Positions 42,704 through 52,375 of a DNA stretch of 64,000 bases are shown here, one piece after another. The notes under the pieces were generated by a model. The model had not been told where the DNA came from. It did no database searches and saw nothing but the letters and a program-made list of their open reading frames with translations. Position 1 is the first letter of the stretch. Every line of letters starts with the position of its first letter. This DNA is from an uncultured archaeon. Its GTDB lineage: Archaea; Asgardarchaeota; Heimdallarchaeia; Heimdallarchaeales; Heimdallarchaeaceae. The stretch is taken from positions 1 through 64,000 of the forward strand of contig CAZHRF010000004.1 in NCBI GenBank assembly GCA_964534625.1. The letters run 5' to 3'. Both the position numbers and the translations under genes were made by a program.

Positions 42704-44515
42704 ATGAATAAAAAAATAATTGTTAATCTACTTCTAGTGAGTATAACACTAAGTTTTCTTATGAGAATACCAGTAAGTAAAACGTTCCCATATGATGAAT
42801 CACAAGTAAATGGAAATATGGACAATGAAAATGATGCAAAGATAGATACACTTCCAATTAGGGATAATATACATGAAATAAATAATAGTTCCATTACTAC
42901 AGATTTACTTGACGAAGATAAGAGTTATAACAACGAATATGATAAATGTGACAAAAAAGCACAAGAACAACCAAAAAAACAACAAGAAAATGTAAACCTA
43001 TCCAACAAGCAAGATAGTACTAATATGGACAATACCGATATCACTACTAATACCTATGATGAAGAAGCGTTTGTATCACGATGGAACACGTCATTAACCA
43101 GTGATGTTTCAAGTGCAGAAAACCAAATAAAATTACCTTTACAAGAAAATGGAGACTATGCTTTTACTGTTGAATGGGGAGATGGAACAAATCATACCAT
43201 AACCACATGGAACCAATCAGAAATAATACATAATTATACCACGCCTGGAGTCTATACTCTCGTTATTAGTGGGAAAATAGAAGGATGGAGGTTTACCTCT
43301 GAAGGAGATAAATTGAAAATACTAGAGATTAGCCAATGGGGCACCTTACAGTTTAGAGATGGAGGGACATATTATTTTGGAGGATGTGAGAATCTTGTTC
43401 TTACTGCTACTGATGCACCAGATTTAACACAGACCACCTCTCTTAATGGGTTTTTTTCCAATTGTCCTAATTTAGGCGATCAAGGCGATATGAGTTTATG
43501 GGATACGTCAAATATAACGAATATGAAATCAATGTTTAAGTATTCTGATACTTTTAACCAGAATGTTTCTACATGGGACACGTCAAAAGTAACTACTATG
43601 CAGAGTATGTTTTATCATTGTTACGAGTTTAATTATTCTCTAGAACAATGGGATGTTTCCAATGTAAAATATATGGCTTGGATGTTTGCTAACGCATGGA
43701 GTTTTAATCAACCCTTAAATACATGGAATACCAGTCGGGTAATGGATATGGCTGTGATGTTTGCAAGTGCAATAAATTTTAATCAACCCTTGGATACATG
43801 GAATACCAGTCGGGTAAATGATATGACGGGAATGTTTGCTAATTGTTTATCTTTTGATCAAAATCTGGGTATGTGGAATATAGAAATTTTATGGTATGCA
43901 GAAGGTATGTTTACATTTTGTTCTTTATCTGTTGCTAATTATGATGCGTTATTAATAGGATGGGCAGCACAAGACCTTTCTTTTGCATTAAAGTGGGGAA
44001 TAGAAGTAAAATTTCATGGGGGATATTCAGAGTATAGTGAACAAGCGGTTGAAGCACGGAATAAATTAATTAATACGTATAAATGGGAGATTACAGATGG
44101 AGGGTTATATGATGATACACCACCTGTAATAACAGAGGTGAACCATACGCCTGTTGAACCAACAGAAGAAGATACACTCACTATTAACGCTACTGTTACC
44201 GATAACGTGGCACTGGAACACATAACCCTTTATTATGCTATTGATAATCAAAACTGGCAAAATACTTCCATGGTTACCTATGGTATCTCGTATACCGCTA
44301 CTATTGGTCCTTTTCCTGTTAATACCACCCTTTCGTATTATATTTATACTGAAGACACTAAAGCCAACAATGCTTCTAGTTCTATTGTTACTGTAACTAT
44401 TAGTGCTGTACCCGAAGAACCTACGCCTCCTCCCACTGCTACCGATTTTTCTTTCTTTCCTTTCCTCTCGCTATTACTTTTCTCTCTTCTCCCCCTCTAT
44501 AAGAGAAAACATTAA
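42704..44515 (+). CDS. BspA/DUF285-repeat surface protein with C-terminal anchor
   Basis: Signal peptide, VEWGDG (PKD-like), 25-aa WDTSxVTxMxxMFxxxxxFNQ repeats, Ig-like domain, Pro/Thr linker, TM helix and KRKH. Confidence 0.9.
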   Translation: MNKKIIVNLLLVSITLSFLMRIPVSKTFPYDESQVNGNMDNENDAKIDTLPIRDNIHEINNSSITTDLLDEDKSYNNEYDKCDKKAQEQPKKQQENVNLSNKQDSTNMDNTDITTNTYDEEAFVSRWNTSLTSDVSSAENQIKLPLQENGDYAFTVEWGDGTNHTITTWNQSEIIHNYTTPGVYTLVISGKIEGWRFTSEGDKLKILEISQWGTLQFRDGGTYYFGGCENLVLTATDAPDLTQTTSLNGFFSNCPNLGDQGDMSLWDTSNITNMKSMFKYSDTFNQNVSTWDTSKVTTMQSMFYHCYEFNYSLEQWDVSNVKYMAWMFANAWSFNQPLNTWNTSRVMDMAVMFASAINFNQPLDTWNTSRVNDMTGMFANCLSFDQNLGMWNIEILWYAEGMFTFCSLSVANYDALLIGWAAQDLSFALKWGIEVKFHGGYSEYSEQAVEARNKLINTYKWEITDGGLYDDTPPVITEVNHTPVEPTEEDTLTINATVTDNVALEHITLYYAIDNQNWQNTSMVTYGISYTATIGPFPVNTTLSYYIYTEDTKANNASSSIVTVTISAVPEEPTPPPTATDFSFFPFLSLLLFSLLPLYKRKH

Positions 44516-44864
44516 CCTTTATTTTTTTCTTCCTTTTTTTCTATTTTTATTGAAGTTTAAAACAAGTAATGGGGATTTTCTCACTCGTATTTTTTCAGTG
44601 CGTTCTCTGTTCATTTTCTTTTTCTGTCATCATTACGGGGGGAAATTTAAGTGTTTATGTGATTCTTTATTGTTTTTCTCCCTTTGACTTTTTTCTTTAT
44701 TGTCGCTTTACTAACGGGGTAAAATTCCTTTTTATTCTATTTTTTTTGTTTTTTTAGTATTCTTTAATAAAATACTTTAAATAATGCTCTAGTCCAAATT
44801 TATGGATATTTCCATGTAGTTAAATTTATATATAACACCCCCCTTTTAAAGGTATAAACAGACC

Positions 44865-46823
44865 ATGATTAAAGCTGATACTAGAGCGAAAAGTTCACTT
44901 CTGAATAAAGCATATCTAATGCTTAAATACCAATATGTTAAAGATCTTCATGAATTTTCTCCAGGATCATCTTTAATTGATTATCTTCCCTCTAACTTTT
45001 CCGTTGAAAATCGTTTTCTTCTTTCATTATGTGATAAAAAAAGTTCTATTACTACTTCACTATCCGCTGCGATTTTAGATGATTTAATTGACAAAGCAGA
45101 GATAGAATATACTCATATTAGTTTTAATCCCAAATCCAAAGGCCAATTTTTTACAAATTCTGAAGTTGTAAAACTATTTTATAAGTATCTTTTCTCTTGT
45201 CTTCCTACAGATAGTACATATATCGATCTAACTATAGGAAAAGGAGATTTTTTATTCCCTTTTCTTTCTTCTTCCAATTTATTTTATGGCATCGAAAAAG
45301 ATCCTCTTGTGTATGAATATCTATTATACGATCTTCTGCTCAATCCAATTCTCACTTTCAACCAGAAAGCGTTGCTTTTCTTGACTATCAAACAAGGAGA
45401 TACCTTGTTGGGTTTGAATAAAGACAAAGCCTTATCAGCTATAAATGAAATAGGAATGGAAAAATTTATCCAATTATTGAACCTTAGGAAAATGCTTCTT
45501 TCCTCTCCTTCTCCTGTTTCAATTCAGTATCTTAGACAGTATGATTCTTTATCTTCACTTTTTAGCTCATTTACTGGCTTTAACTTTTTCCTCTCCTTCC
45601 CTGAGCGGTTCTATAATGAGAAAACAAAAAAGTTTTCCGTGTGTAGCACCTTCGATTACGTTGTTGGCAATCCTCCTTGGTTGAGCTATATGAAATTCGA
45701 TAAGACTCACACCCAGAATCTGATAGATTTTGCTTTCGATACTTATCTCTATGGGAAGTATAATTACGCTTTACCTTTTAGCATTCTCGGTTTTGAAATG
45801 ACCAAAAAAAAGGGAGGGTTAATTCTTCCTTTGGGTATGTTAACTGAAACATATGCGCATAAATGGAGAGAAAAACTGTTTAAGACAGCTTCAGTCAAAA
45901 AAATAATTCTTAATTCGGAGAATAACTGGTTTGAAGACATTTCTAACGAGTATTCACTTGTCTTATGGGAAAAGGAAAAATCAACTAATAGTTTTACTCT
46001 TTCCTCTTTATCTGATAGAAGAGAATTAGAGATAAACTCTAACTCTCCTTTATTTAACAAGCCTATTAAGATCCCCCTTATTCCTAAAAAATATTTCAAT
46101 GAACTTACACCTTACTTACTGAAGACCAAACGTTTATCTGATTATTGTTTAATTCGTCGAGGATTAACTCTCTCCCGGAAGTATCAAAACCAGTATAATT
46201 TGATGGATTTGGATGAGATAAATATGCCTATTAAACCTTTGATTAAATCCAACCGTAGTGTTTCTGTTTCTTCTAATGAAAGAAGAAGAAACGTTGAAGG
46301 TATATTTAACTATCAACTTTTTTATAATGGTAGAATGTTTGTTTATGACAAAGAGTTACTGGGCTCAGCTGGGTCCATTGATTTATTTGAGCAACCAAAA
46401 ATTGTTCGCAGGAATCGTGGTAGAAAATGGATAATTGCTCTTGACAAAGTAGGCTACTACTTCAATGATATTTTTGATTTATTTCTCCCTACTGCTAATT
46501 TGACCATAAACCAGCTGTTTGGCTATTTATTATCCTCTTGGATCCATTATTTAACTGAGAATTACATCCAGCGAGACATTACAAGTAATTTTGTTCGAGA
46601 TTTACCTGTTTTATCACTATCTAAATCTGAATGGAAGACAATTGGACATATTGTTACTGCTTTTTTAGATGAAGCTGAAAACACTTTTATTGATTTAAAA
46701 GAAGTACAAACTACCCAAGAAAATATCGATAAAATTATTTTCGACCACCTAAATATTAGTTCAAAATTTCAAGAGGAAATAATAAAAGAAACCGCTTTAA
46801 ACTGGTTTATGGTTAATGATTAA
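44865..46823 (+). CDS. Gamma-class N6-adenine DNA methyltransferase (Eco57I/TaqI-like) with C-terminal TRD
   Basis: GQFFT, DLTIGKGDF (atypical motif I), GIEKD, VVGNPPW, QPKIVRRN. Confidence 0.82.
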   Translation: MIKADTRAKSSLLNKAYLMLKYQYVKDLHEFSPGSSLIDYLPSNFSVENRFLLSLCDKKSSITTSLSAAILDDLIDKAEIEYTHISFNPKSKGQFFTNSEVVKLFYKYLFSCLPTDSTYIDLTIGKGDFLFPFLSSSNLFYGIEKDPLVYEYLLYDLLLNPILTFNQKALLFLTIKQGDTLLGLNKDKALSAINEIGMEKFIQLLNLRKMLLSSPSPVSIQYLRQYDSLSSLFSSFTGFNFFLSFPERFYNEKTKKFSVCSTFDYVVGNPPWLSYMKFDKTHTQNLIDFAFDTYLYGKYNYALPFSILGFEMTKKKGGLILPLGMLTETYAHKWREKLFKTASVKKIILNSENNWFEDISNEYSLVLWEKEKSTNSFTLSSLSDRRELEINSNSPLFNKPIKIPLIPKKYFNELTPYLLKTKRLSDYCLIRRGLTLSRKYQNQYNLMDLDEINMPIKPLIKSNRSVSVSSNERRRNVEGIFNYQLFYNGRMFVYDKELLGSAGSIDLFEQPKIVRRNRGRKWIIALDKVGYYFNDIFDLFLPTANLTINQLFGYLLSSWIHYLTENYIQRDITSNFVRDLPVLSLSKSEWKTIGHIVTAFLDEAENTFIDLKEVQTTQENIDKIIFDHLNISSKFQEEIIKETALNWFMVND

Positions 46824-46935
46824 ATCGTATTAATCGCAACTAATCTGTTTTAATACCGCTAGGTATAGTTTCTATATTTTAATTTAATGTTTTCATTAAA
46901 GTAATCTTCTTATATGAGCATAACCCATTTCACTT

Positions 46936-47436
46936 ATGATTGCATTTGATTTTGAAATAATCACATATATTTTACTTGGGAGCATTATATTCTTTCAAAT
47001 TTTAACATTAATTTTTATAATAGCTTTTCGAGTAAAAAAAGAAGGACCTATAATCGAATTCCTTAACCCGCAATTAGAAAATATTTTATTTAGAGCTAAC
47101 ACACGTTCATTTCAAATTTCATACACACAACGGAATAGAGGTAATTTAGCCACACAACTAGCATATGAGGTTAGTTTAGTTTTAATCTTTGATAAAGAAG
47201 AACATGAATCAGAGTTTCATAGCGAAAAATGCTACATTATACCTGGACAAGTTGAGCACAAAGAAGTCCTGCTAAATTTTATACGTTTACCTGGTCGACC
47301 TAGACTTGCTAGATTCGTATTAAAAGGTAGTTATTATAATTTAGATGACAACAAAATCGAGTTTGAAGAGCGGTTTAGACTCAAGGTTGATCAAGCAAAA
47401 TATGACGAATCAAGCTTCATACCAAAAATAGGATAG
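46936..47436 (+). CDS. Single-pass membrane protein with a probable beta-sandwich domain
   Basis: N-terminal TM helix; NRGN and IIPG motifs reminiscent of Ig-like folds. Confidence 0.6.
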   Translation: MIAFDFEIITYILLGSIIFFQILTLIFIIAFRVKKEGPIIEFLNPQLENILFRANTRSFQISYTQRNRGNLATQLAYEVSLVLIFDKEEHESEFHSEKCYIIPGQVEHKEVLLNFIRLPGRPRLARFVLKGSYYNLDDNKIEFEERFRLKVDQAKYDESSFIPKIG

Positions 47437-47473
47437 AATTATTCTTACCCTCTTTATTTTTAATAGAACCTTT

Positions 47474-48427
47474 TTATTTATTTATCGACTCTTTCTTATA
47501 CACTTTTTTTATTGTGTATAATTTTTCAGTTTTTATATTATGCCTTACAATCAACTCTCCAAGCATACCTGTAAAGAAAAATTGAAATCCTGAAATCATT
47601 AAGAGGGCTGTTAATGTAACTAATGGCCTATGTCCAATTGGTCTATAATAATAGAATTTTTCTATTAATAAATAGATTCCAAAACCTAGAGAGCTCAATA
47701 TACAAACCATTCCGAAGCAGAAGAAGAGCCTAAGTGGTCTTTCTCCATGCGTAAACAATATTCTAAAACTAAATAAATCTATCAACCCTTTAAAAAGACG
47801 AGTAAAACCATATTTTGTTTTTCCACTTTGTCTTTCTCTATGATTCACTTTTACTTCTGTGATTTTAAATCCTCGATTAGCCAATATAGCGGGCACAAAA
47901 CGATGATCTCCTTTTAATAGAATCAAATCTTCTACTGCATCCCTCCGATAGGCTCTAAAATTACAATCATTATCGTGAATTTTCACTCCATTCAATAGAC
48001 GATTTAATAAGTTATAAATTAAAGAAGGAACTCGTTTGATGAAAAAGGGATCTCGTCTAACCTTACGCCATCCACAAACAACGTCAATTTTTGGTTTAAG
48101 AGCTTCAAGCATTTTTGGTATATCGTGTGGATCATCTTGCAGATCTCCATCCATTGTGATAATAATGTCTCCTTTGGCATGATTGAACCCCGCTGTCATA
48201 GCTGCTGATTTTTGAAAGTTATGTCGCAACTCGATAAGAGTTAAAATACTATTTTCATCCTGTTTAAGCAATTGCACTAAATTTTCAACAGTATTATCTG
48301 TTGAACCATCATCGACAAAAACAATCTCATAATCTTGCTCTATCGTAGTTAATACCCCAACAAGCTGATTATAAAGAGGGACAACATTATCTTGCTCATT
48401 TTTAACAGGAATAATTATGGAAATCAT
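47474..48427 (-). CDS. GT2 polyprenyl-phosphate glycosyltransferase (DPM1/ArnC/GtrB-like)
   Basis: SIIIPVKNE, VDDGSTD, MDGDLQD, HRER..GKTKY, two C-terminal TM helices. Confidence 0.92.
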   Translation of the reverse strand: MISIIIPVKNEQDNVVPLYNQLVGVLTTIEQDYEIVFVDDGSTDNTVENLVQLLKQDENSILTLIELRHNFQKSAAMTAGFNHAKGDIIITMDGDLQDDPHDIPKMLEALKPKIDVVCGWRKVRRDPFFIKRVPSLIYNLLNRLLNGVKIHDNDCNFRAYRRDAVEDLILLKGDHRFVPAILANRGFKITEVKVNHRERQSGKTKYGFTRLFKGLIDLFSFRILFTHGERPLRLFFCFGMVCILSSLGFGIYLLIEKFYYYRPIGHRPLVTLTALLMISGFQFFFTGMLGELIVRHNIKTEKLYTIKKVYKKESINK

Positions 48428-48633
48428 TTATAATGAAAAAAGAAAGATTCCTTTTATAATCTTTATGACTTGAATGCTAAAAAAAAGCAAACAAATATGG
48501 ACAAAAATATATTTCCACAATTGTTATTCTATGCTAACCATCGATTTTTTTTGGTCCTGCATGTGATTTGTAGTGACCTTTAGGTAATCAATGTATCAAC
48601 AGACTTATATTTTCTCTCTAGCTGCAGTTAATT

Positions 48634-50541
48634 GTGAAATCAAAAGATTCCTATTACCGTATACTCAATAGAATTGAAAGAAATAATATGAGTTTATCAA
48701 AAGACTATCATGAGATATTAAACTATTGTATAAAAAAATTTACTGAAATGATTAAAAAATCTGCTCTGAGAGAAAAAGTAAAGCATTTGGGACAAAAAAT
48801 AGGGGGGAAAGATTCAACGCTTGTTGAAGTTCAACAAATGATAAAAAAGCAATTAGTTGATTTTTCTTTAGATGAAGAAGATTCAACAATCTCTATTACT
48901 CCTTATCACTTATCTTTCTTTTATTTAAACAAAATAAAAAACGAAAAAGCTAAAGGACAATTCAGCACACCCAAATATCTGGCTGATTATCTTGTTAAAA
49001 ACAGTTTAAACATATTTTCAGAAAGGCAAATAGGAAAACAGAATTTATCTGATTTCTGTAAAAACATTAGTTGTGCGGATATAGCGTGTGGAACAGGTAA
49101 CCTCATTATGGCCCTTCTTTATGCCCTTAAAAACAATACACAATCATCTCATCTCCTACTTTATTTTATTATCAATAATCTTTATGGCTATGATATAGAT
49201 CAAGAAGTATTAATGCTATGTCTAATTCGGATATATTGTTTTATTGATAGACATATAGCAAAAAAAGGCATTAAAATAACAGAGAAAGATTTAGAGAGTG
49301 TAGAAAATCATTTTCAACAGTGTAATATTCTAATCGATAAAGAAACTGAAAATGATTTACCATCCTCGGATAATTTTTTTCACGAACTACCTCCGGAATT
49401 AAAAGAACAGAAATATGATTTAATAATAGAAAATCCGCCTTTTATGATCTATGGGCTTAGAAATAGTCAAAACTATAAAAATTCTTTCAAGAAATACCTT
49501 AGAGAAAGATTTGAAGTAGCAGAGTACAAATTGCCTCTTTATCCAATCTTTATGCAAAGATCCATCGAGTTATTAAAAAAAGACGGTATATTAACAATTA
49601 TCACCCCTGATTCATACTTATTAGGTCGTTACTATTCTAAAATACGCAAATATATTTTGGAAAAAGCTTCTATCGCAGAAATAACACTTTTGGATTTTGA
49701 ACCTTTTCATAATGTAACTTTAGGGCGAACTGTATTAACTTTTTTAAGCAGAGAGAAAAAACAACACAATTCTTTCATAGCAAAATGGTATGATAATTCT
49801 GAAGACTTTTTGAACAAACAAGGAGAACAACTCATGAATATTCAAAACGATTTACAATTGAACCATTTACAAAGATTTCAATTGTTTTTCACTGACGAAG
49901 ATAAAATATATGTCCAAAACTGGTTCAATAATACCTCAAAAAAACTAGAAGATATTGTTACTATACATACAGGTATCAGGAGCAAAATTGGACAAAAAAA
50001 CATCATTTCTAAAAAGAAAAAAGGCCCCTCATGGAGTAAAGGAATAGTATCAAGTAAACAAATCATTCCATATAAAACAGTGTATCAAGATCATTATATC
50101 GATCTAAACCCTACCAGCCTTTGGAGTGGAGGCTACAAGAAAGAAATAATTAAGCAGCCTAAATTACTGATTCGGCAAACAGGTGACTCAATTTATGCAT
50201 GTTATGATGATCAAGGTTTATATCACTTGAATAATTGCCATTCTATCTCATCAAAGACACCTAAAGTTAATCTAAAAGCCTTAGCAGTCCAACTAAACTC
50301 TGTTGAGTTTAACAAGCTGTATCATATTTTGAGTATGGAAAAAGGGAGAACACTAGCACAAGTAGATATTGATTTCCTTTTAAAAATGCCCTATATTCAA
50401 TTGACAAAAGAACAAGAGAAAAAATTAGCCAATTATTATAATGAACAAACACATAAAGACCTTGTTCATTTGAAAAAATCTCGGACATATCTTTCTAATT
50501 TGTTGGAGAAAGAATGGATAACAAAAAAATATATATTATGA
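48634..50541 (+). CDS. Gamma-class N6-adenine DNA methyltransferase (Eco57I/TaqI-like) with C-terminal TRD
   Basis: GQFSTP, DIACGTGN, GYDID, IIENPPF, LKKDG..IITP, QPKLLIRQT. Confidence 0.88.
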   Translation: MKSKDSYYRILNRIERNNMSLSKDYHEILNYCIKKFTEMIKKSALREKVKHLGQKIGGKDSTLVEVQQMIKKQLVDFSLDEEDSTISITPYHLSFFYLNKIKNEKAKGQFSTPKYLADYLVKNSLNIFSERQIGKQNLSDFCKNISCADIACGTGNLIMALLYALKNNTQSSHLLLYFIINNLYGYDIDQEVLMLCLIRIYCFIDRHIAKKGIKITEKDLESVENHFQQCNILIDKETENDLPSSDNFFHELPPELKEQKYDLIIENPPFMIYGLRNSQNYKNSFKKYLRERFEVAEYKLPLYPIFMQRSIELLKKDGILTIITPDSYLLGRYYSKIRKYILEKASIAEITLLDFEPFHNVTLGRTVLTFLSREKKQHNSFIAKWYDNSEDFLNKQGEQLMNIQNDLQLNHLQRFQLFFTDEDKIYVQNWFNNTSKKLEDIVTIHTGIRSKIGQKNIISKKKKGPSWSKGIVSSKQIIPYKTVYQDHYIDLNPTSLWSGGYKKEIIKQPKLLIRQTGDSIYACYDDQGLYHLNNCHSISSKTPKVNLKALAVQLNSVEFNKLYHILSMEKGRTLAQVDIDFLLKMPYIQLTKEQEKKLANYYNEQTHKDLVHLKKSRTYLSNLLEKEWITKKYIL

Positions 50542-50573
50542 GCTAATAATTTGGTCTATAGAGGATTAATAAA

Positions 50574-51611
50574 ATGATAGATTTTTTAGAAGCAATAATT
50601 CCTTATATCTCTGGGCTTTATACGCTCCCTTGGATCCTTGTTGGTTTTTTAGTTACTTATTTGGTTTCATTAAAGGTTGAAAGAAAGAAAATAGATCGAG
50701 TGATGAAGAAAATAGGCTTAATACTCCTTTACTTTTTTGTACCTGTTCTTGTTTTCAGAATTTTTTTGAACACCCAAATGGGTGCAGAGGAGATTATGCT
50801 TATTGGATTGATTGTTTTTGTACTTATTATTACATATGGAACCGCTGTTATTTATGCTCTTTTATCAAAACCAAATGATAAACAATATTTGAAAACCGTT
50901 TTGGCTAATCAGGGGAGATCAACAGCATTCATAGGCGGAGCATTATTGGGAATCTCTCATTGGGCGCTTCCCACAGCTATTTTTATAGCATTTAGTGGTA
51001 TTTCAATTTTTGCGATTATTCCTTTCATCCTAACAACAATAAATGATGAGAACATTTCTGAAAAAGAAAAACATCAAGCTGTATTTCCATTAATTTTAAG
51101 AATCTATCCTTGGTATTTTATTACTCTTGGAGCAATCATTCCAATCAGTATTCAAAAAGCAATAGGTGGGGTACCAGATCTAGGTAACTTTGGAACTCTC
51201 TTGCATTTTTATACAGCATTAACAATCCCTGCAGCTTTGTTTTATGTTGGAGCAGGTATCAGCCCTAGTGATCTAAAAATTGATGAGCTAAAGAAAATTA
51301 TGTGTACTAATGAAAATAAAGCAGAAGAGCATTGGGTTTGGGTACAAAAGATGCTTTTGCTACTAGTAATAGTCACTCCCCTCTTAAATGGTTTAATTTT
51401 TGGCCTATTGCTTCTTTTTAATATTATCACCAAAGCATGGTTTTCAGTAATTATTATCAACGCTCTCTTACCTGTAACCAGTACAAATATGTTTTTATTA
51501 CCATATGGATTAAACAAAAAAGCAACAGCTCATGTCATTACGTGGAGCACCTTAATCTGTGTCCCTATTGTTATTGTATTAATCACAATATTAAGCGGAT
51601 GGTCTGGTTAA
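50574..51611 (+). CDS. AEC/malate-permease-like membrane transporter
   Basis: About 10 TM helices; YFFVPVLVF, TIPAALFYVG, LPVTST motifs. Confidence 0.65.
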   Translation: MIDFLEAIIPYISGLYTLPWILVGFLVTYLVSLKVERKKIDRVMKKIGLILLYFFVPVLVFRIFLNTQMGAEEIMLIGLIVFVLIITYGTAVIYALLSKPNDKQYLKTVLANQGRSTAFIGGALLGISHWALPTAIFIAFSGISIFAIIPFILTTINDENISEKEKHQAVFPLILRIYPWYFITLGAIIPISIQKAIGGVPDLGNFGTLLHFYTALTIPAALFYVGAGISPSDLKIDELKKIMCTNENKAEEHWVWVQKMLLLLVIVTPLLNGLIFGLLLLFNIITKAWFSVIIINALLPVTSTNMFLLPYGLNKKATAHVITWSTLICVPIVIVLITILSGWSG

Positions 51612-51978
51612 TAAAAGGATCTAGCTCTTGTTTATTATCAAGAGTATACATTCTCTATTATTAGCCAAATTAAAATGAAATGCCCAAATCTGCTAAAGGC
51701 GTTAAATACGCAAACACAGTCAATCCTAGGCTAATGAAAATACTAAATATAGACAATACTAGAGCTGTTTGGGTGAATTTATTATGTTTTTCATTTTTAC
51801 GTATTTGGTGTTTTTGGGTATTTGAGTATATCTTTTGTCATTTGATCTCCGATAGTAAATAAGGGTAGGTTTAAAATCGGATGGTTCCATTTGCAATTTC
51901 ATACCTCTTTACTACTACTAACCTAGGTATGTAATTAGTATTTAAAACGTATATTTTAGTTCGATTTCGGAAATTTTT

Positions 51979-52200
51979 TTAGAAACTTCCCTTGCAACAA
52001 TTTTCTTCAACAGTTTTACAGTCTTTAACTGTTATGAGTTTTAATCGGTATCTTCCTCCTATATAAGAAAGTTTTTCCCCACTAAGAAATTCTTTTTCTA
52101 AGGGGGGTTCTTCTATTTGTTTAAATAGCAGTTGCTTCTCAAGGATCCAAGAAGCTTTACGTTTAACTATTTCAGCAAAACGATAAATACTAGCTTCTAA
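51979..52200 (-). pseudogene. Fragment of a YgjP/DUF45 (SprT-like) metallohydrolase gene
   Basis: Minus-strand translation IVKRKASWILEKQ...KEFLSGEKLSYIGGRYRLK; no start codon and no catalytic HExxH part. Confidence 0.65.
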
Positions 52201-52375
52201 AATAAACGGAAACTTACAAATCGAAAGAAATAATCAGTCATTATCAAAATATTAGAAGAAGATGGGTTAGATTTCGGAAATTTTTTAAGGTATTTTCTGA
52301 AGGTTGTAAAAAGTATCTAAGTTGTGTATACCACAAATATTTACAATTATACAACTTCATATTGGAGTTCATAAT

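Noticed and set aside
51680-51862. 60-aa plus-strand ORF
   Set aside because: The opposite strand reads more like a membrane-protein fragment; the plus ORF is probably spurious.
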